From the sequence record MH383160.1: a stretch of 64,000 nucleotides of DNA; one strand, 5' to 3'. Position numbers and translations under genes: made by a program. Position 1 is the stretch's first letter, and the number at the start of each line of letters is the position of its first letter. The notes below the pieces were generated by a model. It was not told the DNA's origin, ran no database searches, and saw nothing but the letters and a program-made list of their open reading frames with translations. Of the stretch, positions 57,157 to 64,000 are shown piece by piece.

Positions 57157-57383
57157 TTAATGTTCCTTACGTAAATTGTCTGGATTAAACAATCAATCCA
57201 AGTTTGAATATATTGGTTTTGATACTGTGTGCCTAAGAGACTCTGCATTTTAAACTCTGCTTCAAGTTCATATCTCTTTTCTATAGAAAAGCTCAAATGA
57301 CCATATTCTTTATCGTATCTTCTCAGTGCTTCCCCAATTCTATTAAATCTTTCTGCTAATCTGATGTTATTCACAATATTCAT
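57141..57383 (-). CDS. family B protein
   Basis: SLLGTQYQNQ. Confidence 0.8.
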   Translation of the reverse strand: MNIVNNIRLAERFNRIGEALRRYDKEYGHLSFSIEKRYELEAEFKMQSLLGTQYQNQYIQTWIDCLIQTIYVRNIKCKMK

Positions 57384-57670
57384 CGATCAGTATACCTCAG
57401 TGGTTGGGTCATTTGATAAAAGTACAGCTTACCTTTGATTTCCAGTAGTAACTCCGCGATTAAGCGATTTACTTCTGTATCTTGATAGTTTGTTCCTAAG
57501 AATACACCCATCTTTAACTCACGCATCATAATCATTTTCTTACTGTGTTGGATTTCTGGGTTGTGATAAATTGTATTACGTTTGTGCGTAATTTTTGTCA
57601 TACGCTCGGTATATTCATCTTTACTTAAATTGATCATTTGCATGTTAATTACCCTTACATTTATTTTCAA
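57380..57670 (-). CDS. family B protein
   Basis: VFLGTNYQDT. Confidence 0.8.
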   Translation of the reverse strand: MKINVRVINMQMINLSKDEYTERMTKITHKRNTIYHNPEIQHSKKMIMMRELKMGVFLGTNYQDTEVNRLIAELLLEIKGKLYFYQMTQPLRYTDR

Positions 57671-57875
57671 TACTATTCATGAGTTCTATAAGATAGTTTT
57701 CTACCTTACCTTCCTGATAGTTAGTCCCTAGGAAGTTGCACAACACGGCTTCTATGATTTTGATTTTCCTGATATCAGGCTTCAATCTTTTGTTATTGAA
57801 TATTTGAATCCTTATATCTCTGGATGCATTTAAACGTTTTTGATATTCATGGTAAGTTAAATGAATCATTTTCAT
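57645..57875 (-). CDS. family B protein
   Basis: NFLGTNYQEG. Confidence 0.8.
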   Translation of the reverse strand: MKMIHLTYHEYQKRLNASRDIRIQIFNNKRLKPDIRKIKIIEAVLCNFLGTNYQEGKVENYLIELMNSIENKCKGN

Positions 57876-58090
57876 TTACGTTTAACCTCTCGCTGGAGGG
57901 CATCAATTAACATCAGTACAGCATTCTCTTGATAGTTTGTTCCTAAGACTGAAAGCATCTTTATCTCATTTACTAAAATCAACTTCTTTGAGGGTTCAAT
58001 AATGTGACTATCATAAACGGCCTTACGTGCTGGATAAGTTTTCGCCAGTATAACATAAAATTCGTCTTTACTTAAATTAATCATTTGCAT
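57872..58090 (-). CDS. family B protein
   Basis: SVLGTNYQEN. Confidence 0.8.
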   Translation of the reverse strand: MQMINLSKDEFYVILAKTYPARKAVYDSHIIEPSKKLILVNEIKMLSVLGTNYQENAVLMLIDALQREVKRK

Positions 58091-58299
58091 TTACTTTTAA
58101 CCTCTTTCTGTAGAGCGTCAATCCATAGATCTACATACATTTGTTGATAGTTTGTGCCTAAGAGTGCACCTACATAGAGTTCAGTTACTAGTGCGTGCTT
58201 AAGGTTAGCTTGGATGCTCTTATCGCTTGATATCATTCTCCTTCTGCTTCCACATGTTTTCAGGAGTCTGATGTATTCAAAGCCTTGTAAATTTCTCAT
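58081..58299 (-). CDS. family B protein
   Basis: ALLGTNYQQM. Confidence 0.8.
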   Translation of the reverse strand: MRNLQGFEYIRLLKTCGSRRRMISSDKSIQANLKHALVTELYVGALLGTNYQQMYVDLWIDALQKEVKSKCK

Positions 58300-58511
58300 A
58301 TTTTGGATACCACCTTGTTACGTAAGGAACTTAATAATACGTCAGTGTAGATGTTTTGATAGTTTGTCCCTACGAATACACCCAACTTCATTTCAGCTAT
58401 TATAACACATTTGTCCTCTTGTGCAATAGATTTGTTTAACACAATACTATACACTTTTGATTTGATAGTTTGTAACCTCCAATGATACTGATACTCATTA
58501 AGGATTATCAT
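58296..58511 (-). CDS. family B protein
   Basis: VFVGTNYQNI. Confidence 0.8.
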   Translation of the reverse strand: MIILNEYQYHWRLQTIKSKVYSIVLNKSIAQEDKCVIIAEMKLGVFVGTNYQNIYTDVLLSSLRNKVVSKI

Positions 58512-58746
58512 TCTCTTTCCTCCAGATTTCGGTTCTCATGTGTTGGCAGTGTGCTTCGATGAACATATCTATTGATTTGGCAATTGCGTTTTTATCAGTG
58601 CCTGTCATCAGTACAAGCATCTCGGCCTCACAGTGAAGTAAACGCATGATATCATAGGGTAATATTTCAGATACAGTGTCATAGTGTTTCTGTGCCAGTG
58701 TCTGCAATAGTTTACAATACATTTTGTGATTTAGTCTTTGTCGCAT
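58498..58746 (-). CDS. family B protein, divergent
   Basis: LMTGTDKNAI. Confidence 0.7.
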   Translation of the reverse strand: MRQRLNHKMYCKLLQTLAQKHYDTVSEILPYDIMRLLHCEAEMLVLMTGTDKNAIAKSIDMFIEAHCQHMRTEIWRKENDNP

Positions 58747-59003
58747 TGTTTATTCCATTCTTTTTTGGCCTTGATGGTTTTATATTGGATTTGGTTTCTT
58801 AATGCTGATAAGTATCGTTGAATGAACAGATCTTGATAGTTTGTTCCAATGAATTTCATAAGATAAAGTTCACCGTTGATAACATCCACTTCAGGTGCAC
58901 CATATAAGGCATTGTTTTTTCTAAGGGCATGGATTAAAGAGAATAGGGCAGTTTGATACTCAACTCCTGATAAAGTCTTCATGTTTTGTGAGCAAATAAT
59001 CAT
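58731..59003 (-). CDS. family B protein
   Basis: KFIGTNYQDL. Confidence 0.8.
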   Translation of the reverse strand: MIICSQNMKTLSGVEYQTALFSLIHALRKNNALYGAPEVDVINGELYLMKFIGTNYQDLFIQRYLSALRNQIQYKTIKAKKEWNKQCDKD

Positions 59004-59217
59004 CTAGTTTATCCTGTATAACATTCGTTAATTGTTCGATATATTCTGTGCAAAACTTATCTTGATATTGAGTCCCCATAAAGTACAGCAACCATAGCTC
59101 ATTAACTTTAGCTCGCATTTGGTTCCATGTAAGGCTGGGGTCACCGTAGACTATCCTTGTGATGGGGGTTAGTTTACGAATTATAGTTTCAAATTCATCA
59201 TCAGTTAAGTGTTTCAT
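58960..59217 (-). CDS. family B protein
   Basis: YFMGTQYQDK. Confidence 0.8.
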   Translation of the reverse strand: MKHLTDDEFETIIRKLTPITRIVYGDPSLTWNQMRAKVNELWLLYFMGTQYQDKFCTEYIEQLTNVIQDKLDDYLLTKHEDFIRS

Positions 59218-59432
59218 TTACATTTGTCCCTTATTAGATCAGTGAGGGCAACTATGTGTGCAACAACATACTCTTCCTGAAAGTTCGTCCCCAGTACAGC
59301 CATCATGCGTATATCGGTGGTGTTTATCCTGTGTTCCCTTACACATAAACCTTCTGTGTGAGGAAGTGTAAAATATTTGTTTATTGCAGCAACGATAATT
59401 TTATTCTTCTCGGAGTTACTTAAATGTTTCAT
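59214..59432 (-). CDS. family B protein
   Basis: AVLGTNFQEE. Confidence 0.8.
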   Translation of the reverse strand: MKHLSNSEKNKIIVAAINKYFTLPHTEGLCVREHRINTTDIRMMAVLGTNFQEEYVVAHIVALTDLIRDKCK

Positions 59433-59641
59433 AGTTTACTCCTGATATAATTCTGAAGTGCAATTAAGTATTCCCCTACATAATACACCTGAAAGTCTGT
59501 ATCAAGGAATGCACCCATAAGTAAATCTTTTTCTAATACCCTTGATAAGTTAAGGTCTGCATTTGAAAGGTATATAAGTAAGATTTCACCCTGTGCGGAA
59601 TTGAAACGTTTCTTATATTCTTCTGATGTTAAAAAAATCAT
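59429..59641 (-). CDS. family B protein
   Basis: AFLDTDFQVY. Confidence 0.8.
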   Translation of the reverse strand: MIFLTSEEYKKRFNSAQGEILLIYLSNADLNLSRVLEKDLLMGAFLDTDFQVYYVGEYLIALQNYIRSKL

Positions 59642-59853
59642 AATTTGCTCCTGATATATTTCTCAAGAGATGACAAATACTTTTCCTCATAATACTTCTG
59701 ATAGTCTGTTCCTAAGAATGCACCCAATAGTATATCATTTTCCAATACCTCGGCTAAGTTTAAATCAGAAGTCTCTTCGTATATTATGAGGATTTCAAGT
59801 TGTCTGGCAGCGATGCGTTCAGTATATTGATATGAGTTTTCTATAATAATCAT
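59638..59853 (-). CDS. family B protein
   Basis: AFLGTDYQKY. Confidence 0.8.
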   Translation of the reverse strand: MIIIENSYQYTERIAARQLEILIIYEETSDLNLAEVLENDILLGAFLGTDYQKYYEEKYLSSLEKYIRSKL

Positions 59854-60059
59854 AGTTTACTCTTAATATCTTCTATTAAAAATCGAATCCATTCTTCAAC
59901 ATAATCTTCCTGATGGTTTGTGTTCAGTACAGCCAACATGCGGATCTCTGCTCTTGCAACTTCAATTTCAGTTTTAGGAAGGTCTTTGCTGATATCCACC
60001 ATTAAGTCCATGTATTTCAAGATAAGACCGTATGATTGGGTTCGTGTTATAGTTTTCAT
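59850..60059 (-). CDS. family B protein
   Basis: AVLNTNHQED. Confidence 0.8.
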   Translation of the reverse strand: MKTITRTQSYGLILKYMDLMVDISKDLPKTEIEVARAEIRMLAVLNTNHQEDYVEEWIRFLIEDIKSKL

Positions 60060-60256
60060 TGTTTCCTCGTGGACAATATTTTATTTTTCAATGTATCCAT
60101 ATATTGAATCACCCATCTTTCCTGATAGTTAGTTCCCAAAGTAATCAAAAGGTATAACTCCATTCGTTCTACGTGTGTGTCTGTATTATAAATCTTTGTG
60201 AAGTTTTTACGTAACAGTGATTGATATTCTTCTTTATTTAAAATACGCATTTTCAT
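60056..60256 (-). CDS. family B protein
   Basis: ITLGTNYQER. Confidence 0.8.
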   Translation of the reverse strand: MKMRILNKEEYQSLLRKNFTKIYNTDTHVERMELYLLITLGTNYQERWVIQYMDTLKNKILSTRKQ

Positions 60257-60450
60257 AGTTTACTCGTTATATCTTCAATTAAATACCAAATCCAATCGTT
60301 GACATACCTTTCCTGAAAGTTAGTTCCAATGAATAGTGCCATAATTAATTCACGCTTATAGGCAATACCACGGTCATGGGACTTATACATTATCATAGCC
60401 ATGTTATTGATAAGTCTTTCGTGGTGCTGTTCTTTAGTTAAAATACGCAT
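60253..60450 (-). CDS. family B protein, first of the array
   Basis: LFIGTNFQER; SD GGAG. Confidence 0.8.
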   Translation of the reverse strand: MRILTKEQHHERLINNMAMIMYKSHDRGIAYKRELIMALFIGTNFQERYVNDWIWYLIEDITSKL

Positions 60451-60480
60451 AGGGACTCCATTAAAAATAATATCAATCCT

Positions 60481-60508
60481 ATAATATACGATTCGTATAA
60501 AAAATCAA
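60481..60508 (-). promoter_or_regulatory. probable promoter for the family B array
   Basis: TTGATT-16-TATTAT. Confidence 0.5.
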
Positions 60509-60605
60509 TAACATTTTATTCGTAATACCCCTTTATCGAAGTCGCTAAGGTTACCCGCCCTTTAGCCCCCTACGCATTTTGCCATAGTCCAATCCCTTTT
60601 ATTTC

Positions 60606-60672
60606 AAAAAAGTCAAGGGATTACCTATGCATTTTTTTAACGCATAATTTTAAAAACGCCTTGACTTTTTTC
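60606..60672. repeat. inverted repeat in non-coding junction
   Basis: AAAAAAGTCAAGG ... CCTTGACTTTTTT. Confidence 0.7.
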
Positions 60673-60699
60673 TGAATCAGTACTAGATCCCTTTACGCA

Positions 60700-60909
60700 T
60701 TAATCCTTCGTTACGCTAACGATTATCTGTGTATCCCCGTAGTCCTGCCATACTTCCACGCCATCGGTCGCCCTGGTTAGTCGTGCTGTCATCTGCTTAA
60801 TGGTCTTAGGCTTTAGTGGAACCTGTTGCAGTACTGTACGCATAGCATCATTGACGTTATCATGTACGCCTGCAATAGTACCTAGAACGCTGTATACTGT
60901 ATAGAACAT
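60700..60909 (-). CDS. small hypothetical (probable early) protein
   Basis: 69 aa, SD GGAG, upstream GC hairpin 60934-60953. Confidence 0.7.
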   Translation of the reverse strand: MFYTVYSVLGTIAGVHDNVNDAMRTVLQQVPLKPKTIKQMTARLTRATDGVEVWQDYGDTQIIVSVTKD

Positions 60910-60977
60910 ATGTATGTACTCCTGATATAGTTAAGGCCGCTAGAGAGCGGCCTATGATGTTTGGTGATGTGTATTGC

Positions 60978-61379
60978 TTACAGCCCTAAGATAGTACGTG
61001 CTTCGTTACGTTCCGTACACAGCTGCATGATGTGAGCAAGTAAGTCCTTGCTAATGTATCCGGTGTTCATAGCTTCACGAATAGATACATCATAAGCACC
61101 GAACCCCGTGCGAACGATACGCACATCATTCAGGTTAGTATTATAGATACCGCCGAGATCAACGGCTTCGAATACTACATCAACAGAATATTCATTGTTG
61201 CCATCGTGGAAGTTTTCCAGTGCAATAGTATTGGATACCGCCCAACGTTTGCAGTTTCCAATGATGCGGCACTGTTCCGGTTGGATAGTGCCATTACTTA
61301 CAGCGTACTCCAGTGCATCTTTACCAAAAGTCCGAGCCAGTACTAAAACGTCAGCGAAGGAAGTGATTGAGAAGGTCAT
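60978..61379 (-). CDS. hypothetical (probable early) protein, start re-assigned to MTFSI
   Basis: SD AAGGAG 7 nt before ATG; the track's N-terminus is promoter/leader sequence. Confidence 0.75.
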   Translation of the reverse strand: MTFSITSFADVLVLARTFGKDALEYAVSNGTIQPEQCRIIGNCKRWAVSNTIALENFHDGNNEYSVDVVFEAVDLGGIYNTNLNDVRIVRTGFGAYDVSIREAMNTGYISKDLLAHIMQLCTERNEARTILGL

Positions 61380-61399
61380 GATAAAACTCCTTAATTTAG

Positions 61400-61470
61400 G
61401 AGGGAGAACCATTTCCCCCTCTCTATGTAAAACATTATACATGAATCTAAGTACTATGCAAGTACTTTTT
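61400..61470 (-). promoter_or_regulatory. promoter-hairpin cassette
   Basis: A-tract, TTGCAT-16-TATAAT, GTTTTACATAGAG, G/C hairpin. Confidence 0.8.
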
Positions 61471-61801
61471 ACATTTTGATACCTGGATTCAGGTAGCGGT
61501 GAGATCCATATTCTGGATCGGTTTCGGTCCAGTACTGTAAATCAATAGTGCCTTTAGCGTTAATCTTGTCTACCAGCTTATTCATCTTAGCGTATACTAC
61601 ATCGGCATCGATGCGTTTAAAGCCAGTAGCTTTAGTGAAGTAGTAGTGATTTGCTTCACTATCATTGAGGATATACCGAGCACCGTTTGCAGTCTGTGCG
61701 ATAATGATTGAGTATTCTACTTCACGATCCAGTCCGTCGATGAATACAGATGAAACATTGGTACGGATGAAAGCTTTAACGATAGCGATTGAAGTACTCA
61801 T
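61469..61801 (-). CDS. hypothetical (probable early) protein
   Basis: 110 aa, SD GGAG. Confidence 0.75.
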   Translation of the reverse strand: MSTSIAIVKAFIRTNVSSVFIDGLDREVEYSIIIAQTANGARYILNDSEANHYYFTKATGFKRIDADVVYAKMNKLVDKINAKGTIDLQYWTETDPEYGSHRYLNPGIKM

Positions 61802-61854
61802 TTTGAATCTCCTAACTTTGTGGGCCGTCGCACCATTGCCGCCCTACGAGATAC

Positions 61855-61883
61855 ATTATCGCAGTACTGATATACTTTGTCAA
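61855..61883 (-). promoter_or_regulatory. sigma70-type promoter
   Basis: TTGACA-17-GATAAT with upstream A-tract. Confidence 0.7.
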
Positions 61884-61995
61884 TACTTTTTTATTAATAG
61901 TTTTAGTTCCACCAGCAGATAGTTACTCACCGTTATTAACTATATATTTTGGATACACCTATGCACCCTGTGGGCTAGTTTTTGTCTATGCGTAT

Positions 61996-62034
61996 ATAAT
62001 AGCAAAGGGACTGACCGGAGTCAATCCTTTTTTT
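61996..62034 (-). promoter_or_regulatory. promoter overlapping a hairpin (plus-strand terminator-like)
   Basis: TTGACT-17-TATTAT; GGGACTGAC-CGGA-GTCAATCC-T tract on plus strand. Confidence 0.6.
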
Positions 62035-62045
62035 ATTCTTTTTTG

Positions 62046-62246
62046 TTAGATGATTCTCCAATCATCAACGATCATGGTAAGATACCGAACCAGTGATTCG
62101 AGTGATTCGTGTTCTCGATAGTCTGCCGCTCCACCAGCGGTACAAGTACAGCCGATTACGCCGTTTTGTAGTTCCTGGATCTTTACGTCGATCTGGTTGG
62201 CTTTAGCTTCTTTCAGTACTTCAACCAGGGCGATAGCGATAGACAT
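62046..62246 (-). CDS. small hypothetical (probable early) protein
   Basis: 66 aa, SD GGAG. Confidence 0.7.
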   Translation of the reverse strand: MSIAIALVEVLKEAKANQIDVKIQELQNGVIGCTCTAGGAADYREHESLESLVRYLTMIVDDWRII

Positions 62247-62267
62247 AATGTTTTACTCCAAACTATT

Positions 62268-62338
62268 GGCGGGAGAACTATTCCCCCGCTCTATGTAAAA
62301 CATTATACATTACTGGTTAGTACTGTCAAATAGTTTTT
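62268..62338 (-). promoter_or_regulatory. promoter-hairpin cassette
   Basis: TTGACA-16-TATAAT, GTTTTACATAGAGCGGGGGAATAGTTCTCCCGC. Confidence 0.85.
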
Positions 62339-62594
62339 ATGAAATATCTTCGATGTAGTCGGCCCATTTCATTTTTTCAGTACTGTCAATGGCTACCGGA
62401 TTATTTGGATCAAACCATTCACCATCCCCGCAATACATACCCACGGCAACGGTTTTATAGCCATCCTGGGCAGTACTCCACGACATAGCACGATAGATAT
62501 GGCCTTTAACTGGTTGCAGTACTGGTAACGTTTTATGGTCTTCTACGTAGGCCATAGCTTGAGGATTTACCCGATATTGTGTGAATTGTTCCAT
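62337..62594 (-). CDS. small hypothetical (probable early) protein
   Basis: 85 aa ORF with own promoter. Confidence 0.7.
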   Translation of the reverse strand: MEQFTQYRVNPQAMAYVEDHKTLPVLQPVKGHIYRAMSWSTAQDGYKTVAVGMYCGDGEWFDPNNPVAIDSTEKMKWADYIEDIS

Positions 62595-62622
62595 TATGTT
62601 TCCCCTTGTTGTTAGTAAAGTT

Positions 62623-62651
62623 ATTACATCAGTACTATCAAGCTATGTCAA
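62623..62651 (-). promoter_or_regulatory. sigma70-type promoter
   Basis: TTGACA-17-TGTAAT, flanked by two AGTACT sites. Confidence 0.55.
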
Positions 62652-62670
62652 TAGTACTGAAATAAAACTT

Positions 62671-62895
62671 TTAGATTAGATTATTGATGCCGTTGATGGT
62701 AGACTCGCTTTCTTCTTTCTCCCATTGGCGGTAGTACTTCCATGCTTCATGATATGTGGCGATTAGTTCATCTTTTTGATCCTGAGTACATGCCAGTACT
62801 GAATCACTGTAAGCGGTGTTATAGATAGAATCAAATGATTTCTTATCTGCCGCCAGGTTTACTACTGCCCGGATCAGGTCATCGTGATTAGCCAT
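62671..62895 (-). CDS. small hypothetical (probable early) protein, start re-assigned to MANHDD
   Basis: SD AAGGAG before ATG. Confidence 0.7.
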   Translation of the reverse strand: MANHDDLIRAVVNLAADKKSFDSIYNTAYSDSVLACTQDQKDELIATYHEAWKYYRQWEKEESESTINGINNLI

Positions 62896-62914
62896 CGTAT
62901 TACTCCTTATTAGT

Positions 62915-62982
62915 GGGGGAGGATATCTCCCCCTATGCAAAACATTATACTTTGTTTTAGTTATTATGCAAGTACTTTTTTC
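62915..62982 (-). promoter_or_regulatory. promoter-hairpin cassette
   Basis: TTGCAT-16-TATAAT, hairpin GGGGGAG-ATATC-CTCCCCC. Confidence 0.8.
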
Positions 62983-63227
62983 ATATAAACATTAAATTCT
63001 ACACCGCCGTAACCTTCTACGATGATATGTTTTGCGTTATCACGTTTGCACATAGTGAAACCGTTGTTGATATGTTCTGCATTTTCCAGGGATACATCAC
63101 CGATTGCAGCACATACGGCACTAATAACAGTATTCCGCAAAGTACTGGTATCATTAGCGGTCATAGTAGTTTGCAGTACTACGTTGTCGTATACGTGTGC
63201 ATTGATAGTGATTTCGATAGTGTTCAT
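62964..63227 (-). CDS. small hypothetical (probable early) protein
   Basis: 87 aa, SD AGGAG. Confidence 0.7.
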   Translation of the reverse strand: MNTIEITINAHVYDNVVLQTTMTANDTSTLRNTVISAVCAAIGDVSLENAEHINNGFTMCKRDNAKHIIVEGYGGVEFNVYMKKVLA

Positions 63228-63243
63228 GGTGTATCTCCTGGAC

Positions 63244-63316
63244 TAGCGGGAGAACTATTCCCCCGCTCTATGTAAAACATTATACGTTAATCTAACTACA
63301 ATGCAAGTACTTTTTA
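63244..63316 (-). promoter_or_regulatory. promoter-hairpin cassette
   Basis: TTGCAT-16-TATAAT, AGCGGGGGAA-TAG-TTCTCCCGCT. Confidence 0.85.
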
Positions 63317-63505
63317 AATTTTATTTCCGATATAGTCCGGCCTGTTCTTTTCGGTCATACGCTTAAGCATTTTTTGCATATGGCTTATTGCTTGTAGTGT
63401 ATCCTCTTCCAGGGATGAATCGAGATAATCAGGATCATTCTTTACCTTGCAATGATTATGATAGCGTAGTACTGCCAGTACTTTTTTAACTTCTTCAACT
63501 GTCAT
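63314..63505 (-). CDS. small hypothetical protein
   Basis: 63 aa, ATGA-coupled. Confidence 0.65.
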   Translation of the reverse strand: MTVEEVKKVLAVLRYHNHCKVKNDPDYLDSSLEEDTLQAISHMQKMLKRMTEKNRPDYIGNKI

Positions 63506-63774
63506 AATAAGTACTCCACTTCGTTAGCTTTCAGGTTAGTATCAATCATCAGTGGTTTTTTGTAGTCCACAAAACGATTAGTTTTCTCGATGGCGAATCC
63601 CATATAATCCAGCTTACTTACCGTGCATTCATTCTTAAAAACTTCTTTCGCTGCATTGATGGCTGATTCAATTGATAACCGACCATCTAAGTTAATGTTT
63701 CCAAATGATCCACCAGCAGAAGTAGGATTACCGTTCATATCTTTAATGATCATAGTAGCGGAGTAGCTAGACAT
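63502..63774 (-). CDS. small hypothetical (probable early) protein
   Basis: 90 aa, SD AAGGA. Confidence 0.7.
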   Translation of the reverse strand: MSSYSATMIIKDMNGNPTSAGGSFGNINLDGRLSIESAINAAKEVFKNECTVSKLDYMGFAIEKTNRFVDYKKPLMIDTNLKANEVEYLL

Positions 63775-63796
63775 AATTTTGTTTCCTTTTATTGGT

Positions 63797-63862
63797 GGGG
63801 AGAACTATTCTCCCCTTGATGTAAACTATTATACAGTACTGATATACTTTGTCAATACTTAA
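63797..63862 (-). promoter_or_regulatory. promoter-hairpin cassette
   Basis: TTGACA-16-TATAAT, GGGGAGAA-TAG-TTCTCCCC. Confidence 0.85.
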
Positions 63863-64000
63863 TTACGTTTAAAATGATATGTGCCTTTATCATCCTGTAC
63901 GCCCCATACTGATTTACCATCAACACCAGTGAAACCGGATTGTAATTCAATATGGAAACCATTATTATCAACTACAAAAACTTTTTTATTTTCATCCCGA
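63859..64000 (-). CDS. 3' end of hypothetical protein entering from beyond the window
   Basis: Open frame RDENKKVFVVDNNGFHIELQSGFTGVDGKSVWGVQDDKGTYHFKRN-stop. Confidence 0.6.
   Translation of the reverse strand, partial: RDENKKVFVVDNNGFHIELQSGFTGVDGKSVWGVQDDKGTYHFKRN

Noticed and set aside
54515-60450. Recurring GATAGTTTGTTCCT-like sequence every 220 bp or so as a CRISPR or integron-like array
   Set aside because: Repeats are degenerate, always in frame encoding LGTNYQ, and the intervening DNA is continuous coding sequence. No cas or integrase gene, and no attC-like palindromes.
1858-63275. All plus-strand ORFs and nested alternative-frame minus ORFs in the track (e.g. 2358..2684, 10057..10410, 14728..15006, 42772..43173, 61195..61479)
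   Set aside because: They overlap well-supported minus-strand genes, lack SD and recognisable motifs; shadow ORFs.
1-64000. AGTACT excess as a cloning or ScaI-ligation artefact
   Set aside because: Sites lie inside intact conserved ORFs such as ligase, PseT and RnlA, in all frames, without breaking them.
1-64000. Stop-codon recoding (alternative genetic code)
   Set aside because: Standard-code ORFs tile the minus strand almost completely, and known enzymes are full length.
1-64000. tRNA genes, introns, inteins or homing endonucleases
   Set aside because: No T-loop GTTCGA/ATCC cloverleaf seen. Ligase, PseT, RnlA and ClpP have normal lengths. No HNH, GIY-YIG or LAGLIDADG motifs recognised.

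Overview
This is a 64-kb segment of an AT-rich (about 30% GC) lytic phage, most likely a large or jumbo myovirus. Gene content suggests the RaK2/GAP32-like enterobacterial jumbo phages, but that placement is an inference. Essentially all genes are on the minus strand, densely packed with overlapping stop/start codons, and driven by consensus sigma70-type promoters. Recognisable enzymes lie in the first 28 kb: ClpP (partial), a metallophosphoesterase, ATP-dependent DNA ligase, a PTH2-like protein, a Ser/Thr phosphatase, PseT kinase/phosphatase, RNA ligase 1, an HxGH nucleotidyltransferase, a phage N6-adenine methyltransferase and an ART-like protein. Most of the window consists of three paralog expansions. 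Family A has about 51 proteins with variable N-termini and a shared acidic-FQxS(L/T) module (13-54.5 kb). Family B has 32 copies of a small helical LGT(N/D/Q)xQE domain, 27 of them consecutive at 54.5-60.45 kb. Family C is a looser set of about 90-110 aa proteins (TYK and YIG(K/R)xV motifs). Other notable signals: the palindrome AGTACT is about 9-fold over-represented by hand count; a roughly 500-nt, 40% GC, stem-rich non-coding region lies at 21.4-21.9 kb; and a promoter plus 5'-hairpin cassette repeats in the higher-GC, probably early, region beyond 60.7 kb. I found no tRNA, CRISPR array, integrase, reverse transcriptase or structural gene. There is a 55-N assembly gap at 44566-44620.
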